Shown here one piece after another: positions 1 to 11,754 of a stretch of 64,000 nt of DNA. The notes below the pieces were generated by a model. That model was not told where the DNA came from and did not search any database. It worked only from the letters and a program-made list of their open reading frames with translations. Both the position numbers and the translations under genes were made by a program. Origin of the DNA: Takakia lepidozioides. Taxonomy: Eukaryota; Plantae; Bryophyta. The stretch is taken from contig CM060734.1 in assembly GCA_030704615.1 (NCBI GenBank), positions 54,250,001 through 54,314,000 on the forward strand. The letters are read 5' to 3'. Every line of letters begins with the position of its first letter. Position 1 is the stretch's first letter.

Positions 1-244
1 ATACCAAGATCGCCGTTCCTCCATGAGAGGAGGAAATAGTGGGGTTCCACCATGCAACGTGCGAGGGCCAGAAGCTGTTTCCAATGGATCTGATCTTAAC
101 ATCATCTAACTTAGTTTCTTGGAGAAAAATGATAGCTGAAGTAGACATAAGGGAAGAAGCCCACAATTTTACTCGTCGTCTTTTAGGCATAGTGGTATCT
201 GAGCCCATACCACGTATGTTCCAAGAGAATAGGGACCAGGTCAT
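1..244 (-). CDS. LINE ORF2 N-terminus, apurinic/apyrimidinic-type endonuclease (partial, runs off window)
   Basis: Manual translation from ATG at 244: MTWSLFSWNIRGMGSDTTMPKRRRVKLW...IIFLQETKL...SSHGGTAILV. This contains the APE motifs SWNIRG, LQETK and GGTAIL. Confidence 0.9.
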   Translation of the reverse strand, partial: MTWSLFSWNIRGMGSDTTMPKRRRVKLWASSLMSTSAIIFLQETKLDDVKIRSIGNSFWPSHVAWWNPTISSSHGGTAILV

Positions 245-295
245 GTGGGGAATTTTTCCCAGCCCGTTGGTGAGATCCAACGAATTGATGGCTGA

Positions 296-2462
296 TCAGA
301 CAAAGCCCAGAGAAAGCTGGAGATGAAGAAAGGGAATTGCAGAAATGAGAGAGTTCAGCCACAGTTTGACCGAGAAAAGCCCTTTAACTTTGCAAGAGAG
401 GGAAGAAACAGGGCATAACAACTGTCCACAAGCAGGGATGACAATAGTGGGGAGGAATAGAATAGTCCAAGAGGGAGGATTGCAACACATATGAAGCTTG
501 GTTTTATAACAGTAGATAGGTCTCAGAAAGAGGGAAGAGAAAGAAGTGGGGGAAAGAGAGAGAAGCGAGTGAGAGCAGCAAAGCTTATTCGAGCTTACCG
601 GGGATGGGGCAGTGGTGTCCAGATCCATAATGGTGAAGAACTTGTCACTCAATGGAGGTTCGACCTCCGAGGGGAGATTCCTTTGGGAGTAATGGAACTC
701 CTCTACAATCTCCATTCCTACTCCATAAATTGAAGCCAAGAATTTTCTGTTCCCCACATCTCCAAAACCCTCTGGAATGTTCTTTCCAGACAACTAAGTT
801 CGGAGGAGGAGCTGTCCAAGAGTTTAAGATCAGAAATGCGCATGGTAGGGAGGAGTTGGACACTGTAATCTCCAGAGGTGCTTTGGTGTTGGAAAACACC
901 GAAGAAAATTGGTGTACCTTCATTGAGAATCAAGTTAGGAAGATAATGCAAGAAGATGCTACTGATTTTAGCCAAAATGACCTCCACCTCTTTTCCTGGT
1001 GAGAAATCGACTACATCCTCTGGGAATATCCACGATTCCATGAATGTTCCCCTGCTTGTAGCCAAGATTGCAGGATTACCATCAATGAGAGTAAAGATTA
1101 TATGAGTGATGCGCACACCTAGATAAACCGGGCCATCTGTAGGAGAGGGGTCATCCGGGAGATTTAGCCTGTGAAAGGACTTGAGCCGGCAGCAAAAGGC
1201 TCCTAGGTTGTCCTCTTCATCATGGCCAACCTTACAGATAAGAGTCTCAGCCCTGGACATTGCAATCAGCGGAACCGGAGAGAGCAAGAATTCTATTGCA
1301 TTGAACTGGGAAGCAGAGGCAGGGGTTGACAGTACCCTAAGCCTCTTGGCCTGATGTCTATCGGACGGAGAGCCATCGTCACGGGGAGCGTTGTTTATTC
1401 GCATTCTGGCACTGCCACCTCCACTTGGGCCATTACCCCTCTGACCATGATGATTCATAGGAGCCTGTTTTGTTGCAACAGACGGAGTCACAACATTAGA
1501 GCTTCTGGCCTTCTTTAGCTGTGGGCAATCCACTTTAATGTGCCCTTCCCTATGACACTGGTGACAAAGCACATTAAGTGACTCTTCCAGCACAACCACC
1601 GTGATGAACATGTTGTCCAAGGTTGGGAGTTTCAGGGATGGTTCTATGTTCACATTCTCAGGCATCCATACAACGATCTTTGGAACACCTGAATCCCAAG
1701 AATGCTCCATGTTGGTCACCGAATCAATGCTGAGGAGATCCTCTTCATCCAAGTCATCCACATTCATAGATCCAATATATAAACCAAAGTGAGCACTTAT
1801 TTCATGTAGAGATTTAGATAGATGGCAGGGAGATAAGGCCAAGCAAGCACTTTGGGTTTACAAGTTACCCCCATTTTATGACCCCAATCAGAAGACCATG
1901 GAAATATATGGACTCGATAGCAGGACTTGCGAGTGTTAAATTTGAGGGCCTTGGCAGCAAATTCTTCAGAGCTGAACAGAAAAGAGAAGAAGCCCCTTCC
2001 AAGGGGGTGACAAAAATGCTTGGTGAGGCCTCCATCCGGGCCCAAATGCTCCTGAGCCCACGTTTTGACCCAATGACGATCTCTGACCCTACCAGGAAAG
2101 AGGAGCAAGATTCCTCTTTTAGACAGCAGTAGAGAGTGATTTTTTAAGACATCCATATCTAGAGATAAGACAGGTTGGTTTTCTTTCATAACCGCTGCCT
2201 CCTCACTCCACAGCTCCACCTGCCTGCCTGGAGGGGAGAGCGGGGCTGAGCCCAGAAGACCCGCACCATTTTGTCTGTAAAACCCTCCACTTTTTCGTCT
2301 CTCGCGAGGACCTCCAAAAATGACACTTGTATTCGGAGCCATAGTGACGACGGAAAAGTACACAGAGAACACGAAGCCTAGAAAAAAATTACGGATAGAC
2401 AGTCGACCAAGCACATTAGAAGAGGCAAGTGAGCCACAAACGTCCGAAAGAGAGACGAGCAA
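296..2462 (-). pseudogene. LINE ORF1 (gag-like nucleic-acid-binding protein with zinc knuckle), split across three frames
   Basis: The N-terminal segment (PLGRGFFSFLFSSEEFAAKAL...HIFPWS) resembles plant L1 ORF1 (DUF4283-like). Knuckle CHQCHREGHIKVDC. Frameshifts near 1820 and 760. Confidence 0.75.
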
Positions 2463-3032
2463 AGAGAGCGGAAGGAAGGAGAGGAGGAATGAGGAAGATA
2501 TAGGTGGAGTGGTAGGAGATAGAGGGGCGGGAAGCTGGCTCTTATCTGTATGTAGCCATACCCTTGAAGCAGAACAACACCAAGATTCGGAAAAGAAGTT
2601 GTCCGCACTTCAAGACTTGCAGCGGGCAGTAAGGAGAGCGATTTCTTTCCTAACTGAATCCCGAGAACGATGTAGTACTTGAAGAATAAGGGACAAGGGA
2701 CATAACACCCTCAAATGCAATACCCGAAGGAGCAGTTACATCAACCTTGAAGAGATGAAGGGGGATGAACACATCTAGGAGAAAGAGGAGAAGAGAGGAA
2801 TCAGAAGGAGGACATTCGTTTAAAGTAGTTTTAAACGCATAGAGATGTTAGCAGCAATAGACGTAATCCATCACTCACCGAGCCAAATCGTAGAACATAG
2901 AGGGATAGATGAGGGGATCAGGGATGCATCCGTTGAGCAGTGAGCGACGACTTGCCAGCGGCTAAGTCCTTTCTTCACTCACCGCACTTCACGGAGCTTT
3001 CGCGACGTCCTATATGCCCCCATTCGCGGTGT

Positions 3033-3918
3033 TATCTCGTTCATATTGTCAAACACTTGGCGTGCATCCACCATCCTTCCACATTTGGCATACATGTTGA
3101 CTATGGTATTCTCCAGAAGGACATCTCGCACAATTCCGGTTTTGATAATGTGGGTATGGACCTCTATGCCCATTTCCAAGGCTGCTAGGCTCGCACATGC
3201 CTTTAGAATGCAAATGAATGTGACCTTGTTGGGCGTGACCCCTTCTTATAGCATTTGCTCATAGATCTTGAAAGCTTCCCTACCAAAACCATGCTTGAAG
3301 TATCATGCTATCATTGTATTCCATGTCACCAGATCTCTTTCAGACATTTGGTCAAACAGGTGACGTGCATCTACCACACGCCCACACTTGGCATACATGT
3401 TGACAAGGGTGTTGAGTAGAAAGATGTTTGGACAATATGGGTGTGCACCTGTTTCCCTCTGCTAGGCCTTGCATCCTGATGCACTGCTGCAAGACACAGA
3501 CATAAGTATCGGAGTCTGCCTGAAAGGCTTGATGGTTCAAAATGTGTATGGCTTCTTTCAGTCGTCCTGCTTTACATAGTGTCCTCACATCCCCACACGT
3601 ATCAGAGTACTTGCTGAGTCCCCCTGTTGATCCTTGAAACCAGACTGATTGTGGTCGATACTCACATACCTCCACAGCTTGTGTTTTTCCAGAGGTTGTC
3701 TGTTGATTAGCACCTGAACTATCACAACTATCACTAGATTGTCCTCGACCAGGTGTCTCTCCTTTCACCAAAAGAGGATTCCACCAACCCCTAATCCAAG
3801 GGGCCTCATAATTTGTATGCTTAAGTCTGAAACTTGGTAATCTTGGATTTCTCTGTGAGAACCACCGACTGGCAGCTGAGAAGCCATAACTTCCCTTACA
3901 GCCTTGCATACACTCCAA
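3033..3918 (-). pseudogene. PLS-class PPR gene remnant, truncated by the LINE
   Basis: [14 protein letters not shown]..., YVCVLQQC and NMYAKCG..DARQVFD motifs match the intact paralogs. In-frame TGA at 3303-3305 where paralogs have GGA, plus frameshifts. Confidence 0.85.
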
Positions 3919-4029
3919 GAATCTATCAAAGAACAGGGAGAAGCCTTCTCAACATACTTTCGCGAACTGCTAACCAAAAAGAACAATCGCTAGCAATTTA
4001 AAGAACTATTTTTGTTGCTTTTCCCATAC

Positions 4030-4158
4030 ATAAATCAAAGCTGTCGTTAACCAAGCAACTGGAGATTAGGCACATTCCCAATAGCCGAGGGGGATTTGAA
4101 CCCCCTGATCTGCCCAGTATGCAGACAACGCCCCCCCACCCAAGCAACCATGATACCC
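4030..4158 (-). mobile_element. tRNA-derived SINE-like fragment
   Basis: On the minus strand: an A-box-like TGGTTGCTTGG and a B-box GGTTCAAATCC inside a GGGGG/CCCCC T-arm stem. No complete cloverleaf. Confidence 0.45.
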
Positions 4159-7084
4159 AAACAACGTGTCAAGTTATTTTACCACTAGTGTGAAACTAGC
4201 TAGAAAATAGTTAGTTTTGATATATTGACATTTGGGACAAATGTCAATCAAGGGGCCAATGTATGTTTGGGCACCTGGCGTGGTTATCTTCATGGCAGAT
4301 CGCGGTGGACTCATCTTTCTCGAGTTGAGCCTCACTGCGTCTAGCTATGGCGCCGCAGTGTGGATGGGGTGCACTTGGCTCGACTTGTATTTGAGTGATG
4401 ATTTATACATGCATCAGTTTGTGTGAGACACGTGAGCTTGTATTCTTCTTATTTATCACTTAAGAAAGATCAGCTCGAGTTTGTGAGTGCCAAGTTCGAG
4501 TTAGTTGTAACCCTTGTGTTTTCATGAGAGAAGCGGTTCAGCTTAGAATGCACGGATTCGTGCATTAGTCTATTTGAAGCATATAGGCTGCAGGTTTGCA
4601 ATGGATAGAGAGGCGGTCAGCTTGTATTGAATGGTGGCGTTGCATAGCTCAACGCTATGGCAACTAAGTTTGGGCTTCTACAATCCAGTGGGCCAATCAT
4701 GTGCTAGGCTCAATCCGTCCATGGCCCTCCTTGAGAAAGCATTTCACCTCCTTAACAAAAATAGCCTCACCTTGTCCAACCTATTGTCCCCACGACTGTG
4801 GAGGATCTGAGAAGAATCCTTGCCAGAGTCATTCTATACTTAGTGCTTCGCCTGCACGCAAACACCACTGAAACATGGCTCTTTACTAGCTGCTGATGGT
4901 CTTGAGTCTTCTTGAGGATCCTCATATAGGCAGTCATCTCTTGTTCCCCACTTTTGGCAGTGCAACCACAGCCAGACTTGTACCATCGGGGCAACAGAAG
5001 CAGTGCTGGAATCAACACTGTTTTCTAGCATGATGTGTGTATCAGCCCTTACAGCAATACTCAATTCCCAATACCGGATTACACTAGCTGTGCATCTTTA
5101 TGGCGCTGCTTGACTTAGTTTCCATCGCCTGAGAGTAGAAGTTGTCTATGGGAGGGATACAATCCCGCAGGATAATGCCTTCACGGATACGTCATCGCAA
5201 ATCGCAAGGAATGGTACTTGAGTACACTTTTATCTGCCCTTACCATCCGTCGGTGTGGGTGATAGTTGTGGCTCTCGCAGGGGATGACGCCATTAGCTGT
5301 CTCATCAATGGTAGGAGTGAACTCAACATACTTTTACCTCTTATCGGCTGTTCACGAGCACTGTGGTAATTCTCACAGTGATGAAACTTGGTGGGTATTC
5401 ACCCAAACAGAGTCTCTCACAGGGACAGGCCACAATCATGTACATAAACTACCTCCCTCTCCCTCTACCATGCAATGAATGAAGAGAGAGAAGATTCCTT
5501 TTCCGAATTCTAGATAGTTCACTGTAGTTTCTGCCTGGATGGGTTGAGGAGATTAGGGAGTCTTGTCAGCCCATACAGTCTAAACCAGTAGAAAACAAGC
5601 AAAAATGACTATAATAGCCGAAGAAGAGATCACGAGCCAGCCCCTGCAAGTGTCGCCGCTTATAGTCGCTCAAAGTTCTGAAGTGACTCGTTGGAAATCC
5701 TTGTGTGGACTTTGCGCATCTTCGAGTCAGTGACTGGGTTGGGCTGTGGGTTTGGAAGCTCACGATGCTTTGTTTCAGGATTTCGCAAGGGGGACGAAGA
5801 GGAGGTACCGGCTGCTCTTAGGGGTCCCGTGGAACGTGCCTGGCTCTGCGCTCATGAAGTCCAACGAAGCTGACATGTGACAAAGATATGAGAGAGGGTC
5901 AGAACTTGCGCTTCTTGCTTCCCGCTTCGTGTTCCCTCTCTCACAGGCACATGAATGGCAGGGTGCACCGGTGTTGTCATGGGCGAACAGGGAGACTACA
6001 AATGCATGACCCTGTCTCCTCCCTGCATTGAACTGGCGGTAGGCCTCACATCATGCAGGATATTGACGGACCAAGTTATGCAGCTGAAACCGGCATCCAG
6101 CTTTTCGATGCCGGGCTCAAGACCCTTGCAAGTCATGGGTGTGCCGCCTACCCAGTCCGCAGGGAAACCGAAGAAAGGTACAGACATGGAACCCTTTGCA
6201 CATTTTTGGGATCTCTACCCTGTTTTGGGGAAATTGGACAACGAGCTCAGGGTGAGAGTTATGGCAGGGCTCGTGCACAGCCCACGGAATTGAGCTGGAA
6301 CTTCCAAGACATGCGAGCATTTTGAGTTCACTTCTTCATGTAGAGGAAGAGTTACCCAATATTTGGAAGACATCGTTGAGGTCCCTCTGGAGCAGTGCAT
6401 AGCGATGAATTAGAGGCCGAGGGAGATGCCTATGGTACGTTTTCGGCGATTGTTGATTATGACATGGGATAATCCCGCTGGGTGTCGCAGCCAGCTGTGG
6501 AGATTTATGCCCACCAGGATGTGGGTACTCACCCAGAAACGCCATAGCGCCCGCACCAATCCAGCCACAGATGACACATGTGGCTATATGAGTGCAGAGC
6601 CTGTCCTGAGAAAGGGTGGGGTCAGAGAGGGAAGAGGCCGTGATGAGGTTGTGGTTTATACAATTCGTTCTCGTGTGCATGCCCCTTTTCTAGCAAATGA
6701 GGGAAAACAGAGGGAAGGATAGGCAGCTTAATTCTATGGAATCACTCTAGTTGCTGAATATCTTGTTGGGGGGTTTGCACGCAGGCCAAGCATCAAGCAT
6801 AGAACAGCTTTGGCAGGAGTTCAAGTCAGATCCTTCAGAGTGGTGGGACAATAGGTGGAGTAAGGTGGGACAATATCTTCCCAATCATTTTTTGTTTCTG
6901 CGGTAGAAAGGACATTGATCATTTTATGAGTGAAGATGGATTTTGTAGACAGGAAGTGGCATTGATTACCACCATGTCACACCTGCTAGTGGTTGAACTA
7001 TTCTGAAACAGCACTGAAGGTGGCTTGTTCAAAGTTTGTGGCCTGTTGTTTGAAGCAATGCTCGTGGAGCTTTGGTGGTTGTAG

Positions 7085-7333
7085 CTGGGTATAGATGGCT
7101 GCTCAGCTGCCCACCAGTGGTTTTCACAGAAAAATCCAAGATCACCCGATTTGAGACAGAAGCGTACAAAGGAGGTCCTCTGGATTGAGAGCTGGTCAAC
7201 CTCTTCTTGGATGACAGCTGAACCAGCTGCCATGATACAAGGTCAAACACAATCTGCTAATGGTTCTTTGCAGCATGGAGCTCAGGACAGAGTGTACCAC
7301 GGGTATTTGAGGGTTCCAACTCAAAAGAGATAA
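7085..7333 (+). pseudogene. Remnant of a PPR gene 5' end, homologous to the N-terminus of the 3033-3918 pseudogene
   Basis: DGCSAAHQWFSQKNPRSPDLRQKRTKEVLWI aligns with YGFSAASRWFSQRNPRLPSFRLKHTNYEAPWI (about 3790-3890, minus strand). Confidence 0.6.
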
Positions 7334-7457
7334 AGATCTAACAGTTTATTGTCAAAGTAGATGGCTGTAAGTGGTTGTAGAACTGTTGATAAGTAGCTAG
7401 AAGCCTGTCCCCATGAAGAGATATTTGTTGGCAGCATTGAGATTTAGTATATGAGGC

Positions 7458-10010
7458 ATGAGCTGTAAGTTTGTTACTAAGAGTTGTCAGTCATGCAGGA
7501 TGGCAGGGTTGAATCAAGCACAATTGGTGGAAGGACGTCAGACTGGGGGCAGGTGTAACACCTCCACCATTCCCACTGATTTAGAAAGAGGACCGAAAGA
7601 GGGAGTCAACAGGGACCCTTCGAGCACTCGTGGGTATTTGAGGACACTATGTAAAGTAGGCCGACTGAAAGAGGCAGTGCACCTTTTGGACAAACCAGGC
7701 ATTCGAGCAGACTCCAATACATATGTATGTCTCTTGCAGGAGTGCATAAAAATAAAAGACCTGGCTCAAGGAAAGCAGGTGCACATCCACATTGTCCAAA
7801 GTGGATTCAGGCCAAACGTCTTTCTACTGAACACCCTTGTTAACATGTATGCCAAGTGTGGGAGCGTAGTGGATGCACGCCAAGTTTTTGATAGAATGCC
7901 GGAACGAGATATGTTTTCGTGGAACATGATGATGGCAGGATATGCCAATCATGGGAATGGTCAGGAGGTTCTCAAAATCTATAAGCAAATGCAACAGGAC
8001 CATGTCAGGCCAGACCAGGTCACGTTTACTTGCGTTCTCAATGTGTGTGCCAGCCTAGGAGCCCTGGAAAAGGGCAGAGAGATCTGTAGTGACATCCGGA
8101 AATGTGGAATTGTGCCAGATGTTAAACTACAGAATACCGTTATTGACATGTATTCCAAATGTGGGAGTGTGGAGGATGCACGTCTAGTGTTTGACAATAT
8201 GTCTCCACGAGATGTTGTCTCATGGAATGCCATGATCTCAGGATATGCCCAGCATGAGTGTGGTAGGGAGGCTTTGAAAATCTATGAGCAAATGCAAATG
8301 GAAGGAGTGACACCCAACAATGTCACCTTCACTTGTGTTCTCAATGCTTGTGCGAGCCTGGGAGAGAGGGTAAAGGGCAAAGAGGTACATGCTGAGATCA
8401 GTAAAGCTGGAATTGCTCCATATATTAATGTGGAGAATGCCCTTATTGACATGTATGCCAAGTGTGGAAGTATGAAGGATGCACGTGAAGTGTTCAACAA
8501 TATGGCTAAACGAGATGTGGTCTCATGGAGTACAATGATTGCGGGCTATGCTCAGCATGGCGGTGGTAGAGAGGCTTTCAATTTGTATGATCGAATGCAA
8601 CAGGAAAGGGTGATGCCCAACAGGGTCACGTTCATTTGTGTTCTTAATGCATGTGCCAACTTAGGAGCCCTTGGAAGGGGCAAAGAGATCCATGGTCACA
8701 TTATCAAAGGTGAAATCGTGTTAGATGTTAAATTGGAGAATACCCTTCTTGATATGTATGCCAAATGTGGGAGCTTAGAAAATGCACGGCAAGTGTTTGA
8801 CAATATGGCTCACCGAGATGTGGTCTCATGGAGTGCTATGATCACTGGATATGCACGGAACGGGTGTGGTATGGAGGCTTTTGAGGTCTATCAGCAAATG
8901 CAGCGGGAAGGGATAACACCCAATAGGGTCACTTTCATTTGCATTCTGAATGCATGTGCCAGCCTTGGAGCCCTGGAAAAGGGCCAAGCAGTCCATTCTG
9001 ACATCAAGAAAGCTGGAGTTGCATCATATGTTAATTTGGAGAATACCCTTGTCGACATGTATGCCAAATGCAGGAGCATGACGGATGCGCGTCAAGTGTT
9101 TGACAATATGGCTATACGAGATGTGGTCTCATGGAGTGTGATGATTGGAGGATACGCTCAGCACGGGTGTGATAGGGAGGCTTTTGAAATCTATGAGCAC
9201 ATGCAAAGGGAAGGGCTGATGCCTGACAGGGTCACATTCACTTGTGTTCTCAATGTTTGTGCTGGTGTAGGAATCCTGGAAAAGGGCAAGCAGGTCCATG
9301 CTGACATCATCCAAAGTGGGATCGCACAGGACATTATTTTGGAGAATACTCTCATTGACATGTATTCCAAATGCGGGAGTGTGAAAGATGCACGTCAGGT
9401 GTTTGATACTATGGCTCAACGAGATGTGGTCTCATGGAGCACAGTGATTGCTGGATATGCTCAGCATGGTTGTGGTAGGGACACCCTCCAACTATTTGAG
9501 CAAATGCAACAGCAAGGATTGAAGCCAGACAATATTACCTTTATATCTCTTCTCTGTGCATGTAGCCATGTGGGCCTAGTGAATGAAGGCCGTCATTACT
9601 TCAATTCCATGAAAGATTATGGCCTCACTCCTACATTGAAGCATTTTGGCTGCATGGTGGACCTTCTTGGCCGTGCAGGGCGATTTGATGAGGCAGAGGA
9701 CTTCATTAGTAATATGCCAATTGAGCCAGATGCTTTGGTATGGGGAACTTTGCTTGGGACCTGTAGACTTCATAAAAATGAGGAGGTAGCAGAACGTGCA
9801 GCAAAAAACATTCTGAAGATGGATCCACAGCAGGCTGGAGCTTATGTGCTGCTATCAAACATCTATTCTGCAGCTGGCAGGTGGGATGATAAAGCAAAAG
9901 TGAGAAAAATGATGGAGGAGAGAGGTGTCAGAAAGGAGGCAGGGCACAGTTGCATTGAGGTCAACAACCAAGTGCATAAGTTCGTTGTAGAAGATAAATC
10001 GCATCCATAA
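7458..10010 (+). CDS. PLS-class PPR protein ending at the start of the DYW domain (E+-like), 850 aa, intronless
   Basis: Repeated P-L-S triplets (about 101 aa period) and E1/E2 motifs. Ends KEAGHSCIEVNNQVHKFVVEDKSHP*. Confidence 0.9.
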   Translation: MSCKFVTKSCQSCRMAGLNQAQLVEGRQTGGRCNTSTIPTDLERGPKEGVNRDPSSTRGYLRTLCKVGRLKEAVHLLDKPGIRADSNTYVCLLQECIKIKDLAQGKQVHIHIVQSGFRPNVFLLNTLVNMYAKCGSVVDARQVFDRMPERDMFSWNMMMAGYANHGNGQEVLKIYKQMQQDHVRPDQVTFTCVLNVCASLGALEKGREICSDIRKCGIVPDVKLQNTVIDMYSKCGSVEDARLVFDNMSPRDVVSWNAMISGYAQHECGREALKIYEQMQMEGVTPNNVTFTCVLNACASLGERVKGKEVHAEISKAGIAPYINVENALIDMYAKCGSMKDAREVFNNMAKRDVVSWSTMIAGYAQHGGGREAFNLYDRMQQERVMPNRVTFICVLNACANLGALGRGKEIHGHIIKGEIVLDVKLENTLLDMYAKCGSLENARQVFDNMAHRDVVSWSAMITGYARNGCGMEAFEVYQQMQREGITPNRVTFICILNACASLGALEKGQAVHSDIKKAGVASYVNLENTLVDMYAKCRSMTDARQVFDNMAIRDVVSWSVMIGGYAQHGCDREAFEIYEHMQREGLMPDRVTFTCVLNVCAGVGILEKGKQVHADIIQSGIAQDIILENTLIDMYSKCGSVKDARQVFDTMAQRDVVSWSTVIAGYAQHGCGRDTLQLFEQMQQQGLKPDNITFISLLCACSHVGLVNEGRHYFNSMKDYGLTPTLKHFGCMVDLLGRAGRFDEAEDFISNMPIEPDALVWGTLLGTCRLHKNEEVAERAAKNILKMDPQQAGAYVLLSNIYSAAGRWDDKAKVRKMMEERGVRKEAGHSCIEVNNQVHKFVVEDKSHP

Positions 10011-10323
10011 ATTGAGGAAATTCATGCTGAGCTGAGATTGTCTGGGCTGATGAGAGAGGCAGGGTATGTTCCTGACACAGGCTTTGTATTGCATGATGTG
10101 GAGGAGGAGCAAAAGAAACTGTCTCTTTGCCACCACAGAAGCTCGCATCAGCACTCCCCCTGGGAAGCCTATCCATATCATCAAGAACCTTCGAATTTGT
10201 GGTGACTGCCACACAGCCAGTAAGTTCATCTCGAAGATTGTTGGGTGGACAGTCATTGTACGGGATGCCAACCGCTTTCATCACTTTCAAGAAGGGGTTT
10301 GCTCTTGTGGGGATTACTGGTGA
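10011..10323 (+). pseudogene. Inactivated DYW deaminase domain of the upstream PPR gene
   Basis: After the TAA the frame continues [42 protein letters not shown]. About 20 nt are then missing across [10 protein letters not shown] (frameshift), followed by [23 protein letters not shown]. Confidence 0.9.
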
Positions 10324-11513
10324 AACAATCGACAGGCATGAAAAAAAGTGCTCTGCTTCAAATGCAAGCATGGAAAGTCAATACTTGCTGGCAAATTGTA
10401 GAATTCAGAAAACAATACAAATTTGCATCTGTGAAAAGCATATGGATGTGATATGCCACTTGACTACAGCACCAAATGCCATACACCACCTGCCAAAGTA
10501 GACAGCAATTTTCATAGCTTGATATTTCACACGGTAAGGTTTAAGCTTGATCGGTCTTCTTTTTTCTCTCTTTTTCTTAAAACCAAAGTGACCAGTCTTC
10601 ATTCTCACCCATGTTGCCATTAAATCAATTTGGGGATACGAAGTTAGAACTTGTGATGGAACACGCACACACAAAGCATTGAACCAACCTCAAACTCCCT
10701 CACTGCATGCACAACAAACAGGGAAACAGCCTGAGACAGTCGAGACTTGATATACCAGCTTTTTCCACTCTTGACTGCAAAATCTGCACCCCTGGCCACC
10801 TTTTTATTTGATACTAAGAGTGTGCTAAGATTTACAGACCTTGACTGTTCAATCATCCCTTACCTCTACCTCTAATTTCATAGTTTTTCTCAGTAAGAAT
10901 GGAATCTTATAACCATTTTGTGAGCATGAAAATATTCCGCAACGTTTGCAAAATTCTAGCAACAACCGACCGAAGGGAAGGTTGAGAGCTAGTTTAGCGT
11001 AGAGCAGGAATAGGGTGCCATAGTGCCATGTCATCATTGCCACGTTTCGTAGCCAGCTGTTGTTGCCATCTGTCATTGCCAGCTGTCGTTGCCATGTTTC
11101 GTATGTCATCCTGTAGAATCACCCTGTAGTATATTCCCTCTGTGGCTCTCACACTTGAATGGAACATGATGTCGTCAATTTCTTTCTAACTGCCTGGATT
11201 GCCCGAAAAATCCGAAAATAACTTCTTGAACGGTACTTTGTCGAGCCTAACCCTTTTCCTCCCTTCTTCTGTTTGATGTTCAAAGGAGAGAGAGAGAGAG
11301 AGCGCAATGGCTACATAGGTTGATAAGGCCTGGCATTTAGAACAGTTTTGGCTTGCCCAGGCGATCTATAATATAGAGCCATGAAGTGTCAAGAAGGGTT
11401 AGAAAGAGCTGGACTCTGCGGAGGGCATTTCTTCAAACGGCGCATCAAGGAGAGCGTTCTCTGGTGAGAATCCCGGGAAAAAAGGTGAGCATATTCACAA
11501 ATCTTACCAAAAA

Positions 11514-11715
11514 TCAGTAGCTCAGTTGGTTAAGTGCACGGAGTGCCACCCAGATGATTCTGGGGTCAAATCTTGCTACTGACGGGTGTGGTATGGTTCC
11601 TACTCATTCCCTCCATGGCGCATAAATGAAAGAGGTTATTTTCTCCTCTCACTACAAAGGGGCCTGATTTGTGAGCTGTCGCTCCCAGGTGTTTCACTTA
11701 TATATATATATATAT
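11514..11715 (+). mobile_element. tRNA-derived SINE, family A (tRNA-Gly(GCC)-like head), copy 1
   Basis: TCAGTAG...CTACTGA acceptor-like stem, A-box TAGCTCAGTTGG, B-box-like GGGTCAAATC and (TA)n tail. A near-identical copy lies at 28162. Confidence 0.8.
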
Positions 11716-11754
11716 TACGAAATTCCTAAATAGCGGATCCAAATTTCAGAGTTT

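Larger units (their letters stand above)
1..3030 (-). mobile_element. L1-clade LINE retrotransposon, 5' portion (5'UTR, frameshifted ORF1, start of ORF2); continues beyond the window start
   Basis: ORF1 pieces (2462..1797, 1842..718, 793..296) carry a CCHC knuckle and are followed by an APE endonuclease start at 244. The sequence switches abruptly to PPR repeats at about 3033. The 5' boundary is approximate. Confidence 0.85.

Noticed and set aside
10008-10010. Stop codon repaired by U-to-C editing
   Set aside because: Such editing is organellar, and the downstream deletions destroy the DYW active site regardless.
11514-11585. Functional tRNA genes at 4085, 11514, 28162 and 29490
   Set aside because: Imperfect stems and, for the multi-copy families, shared non-tRNA bodies and tails indicate SINEs.
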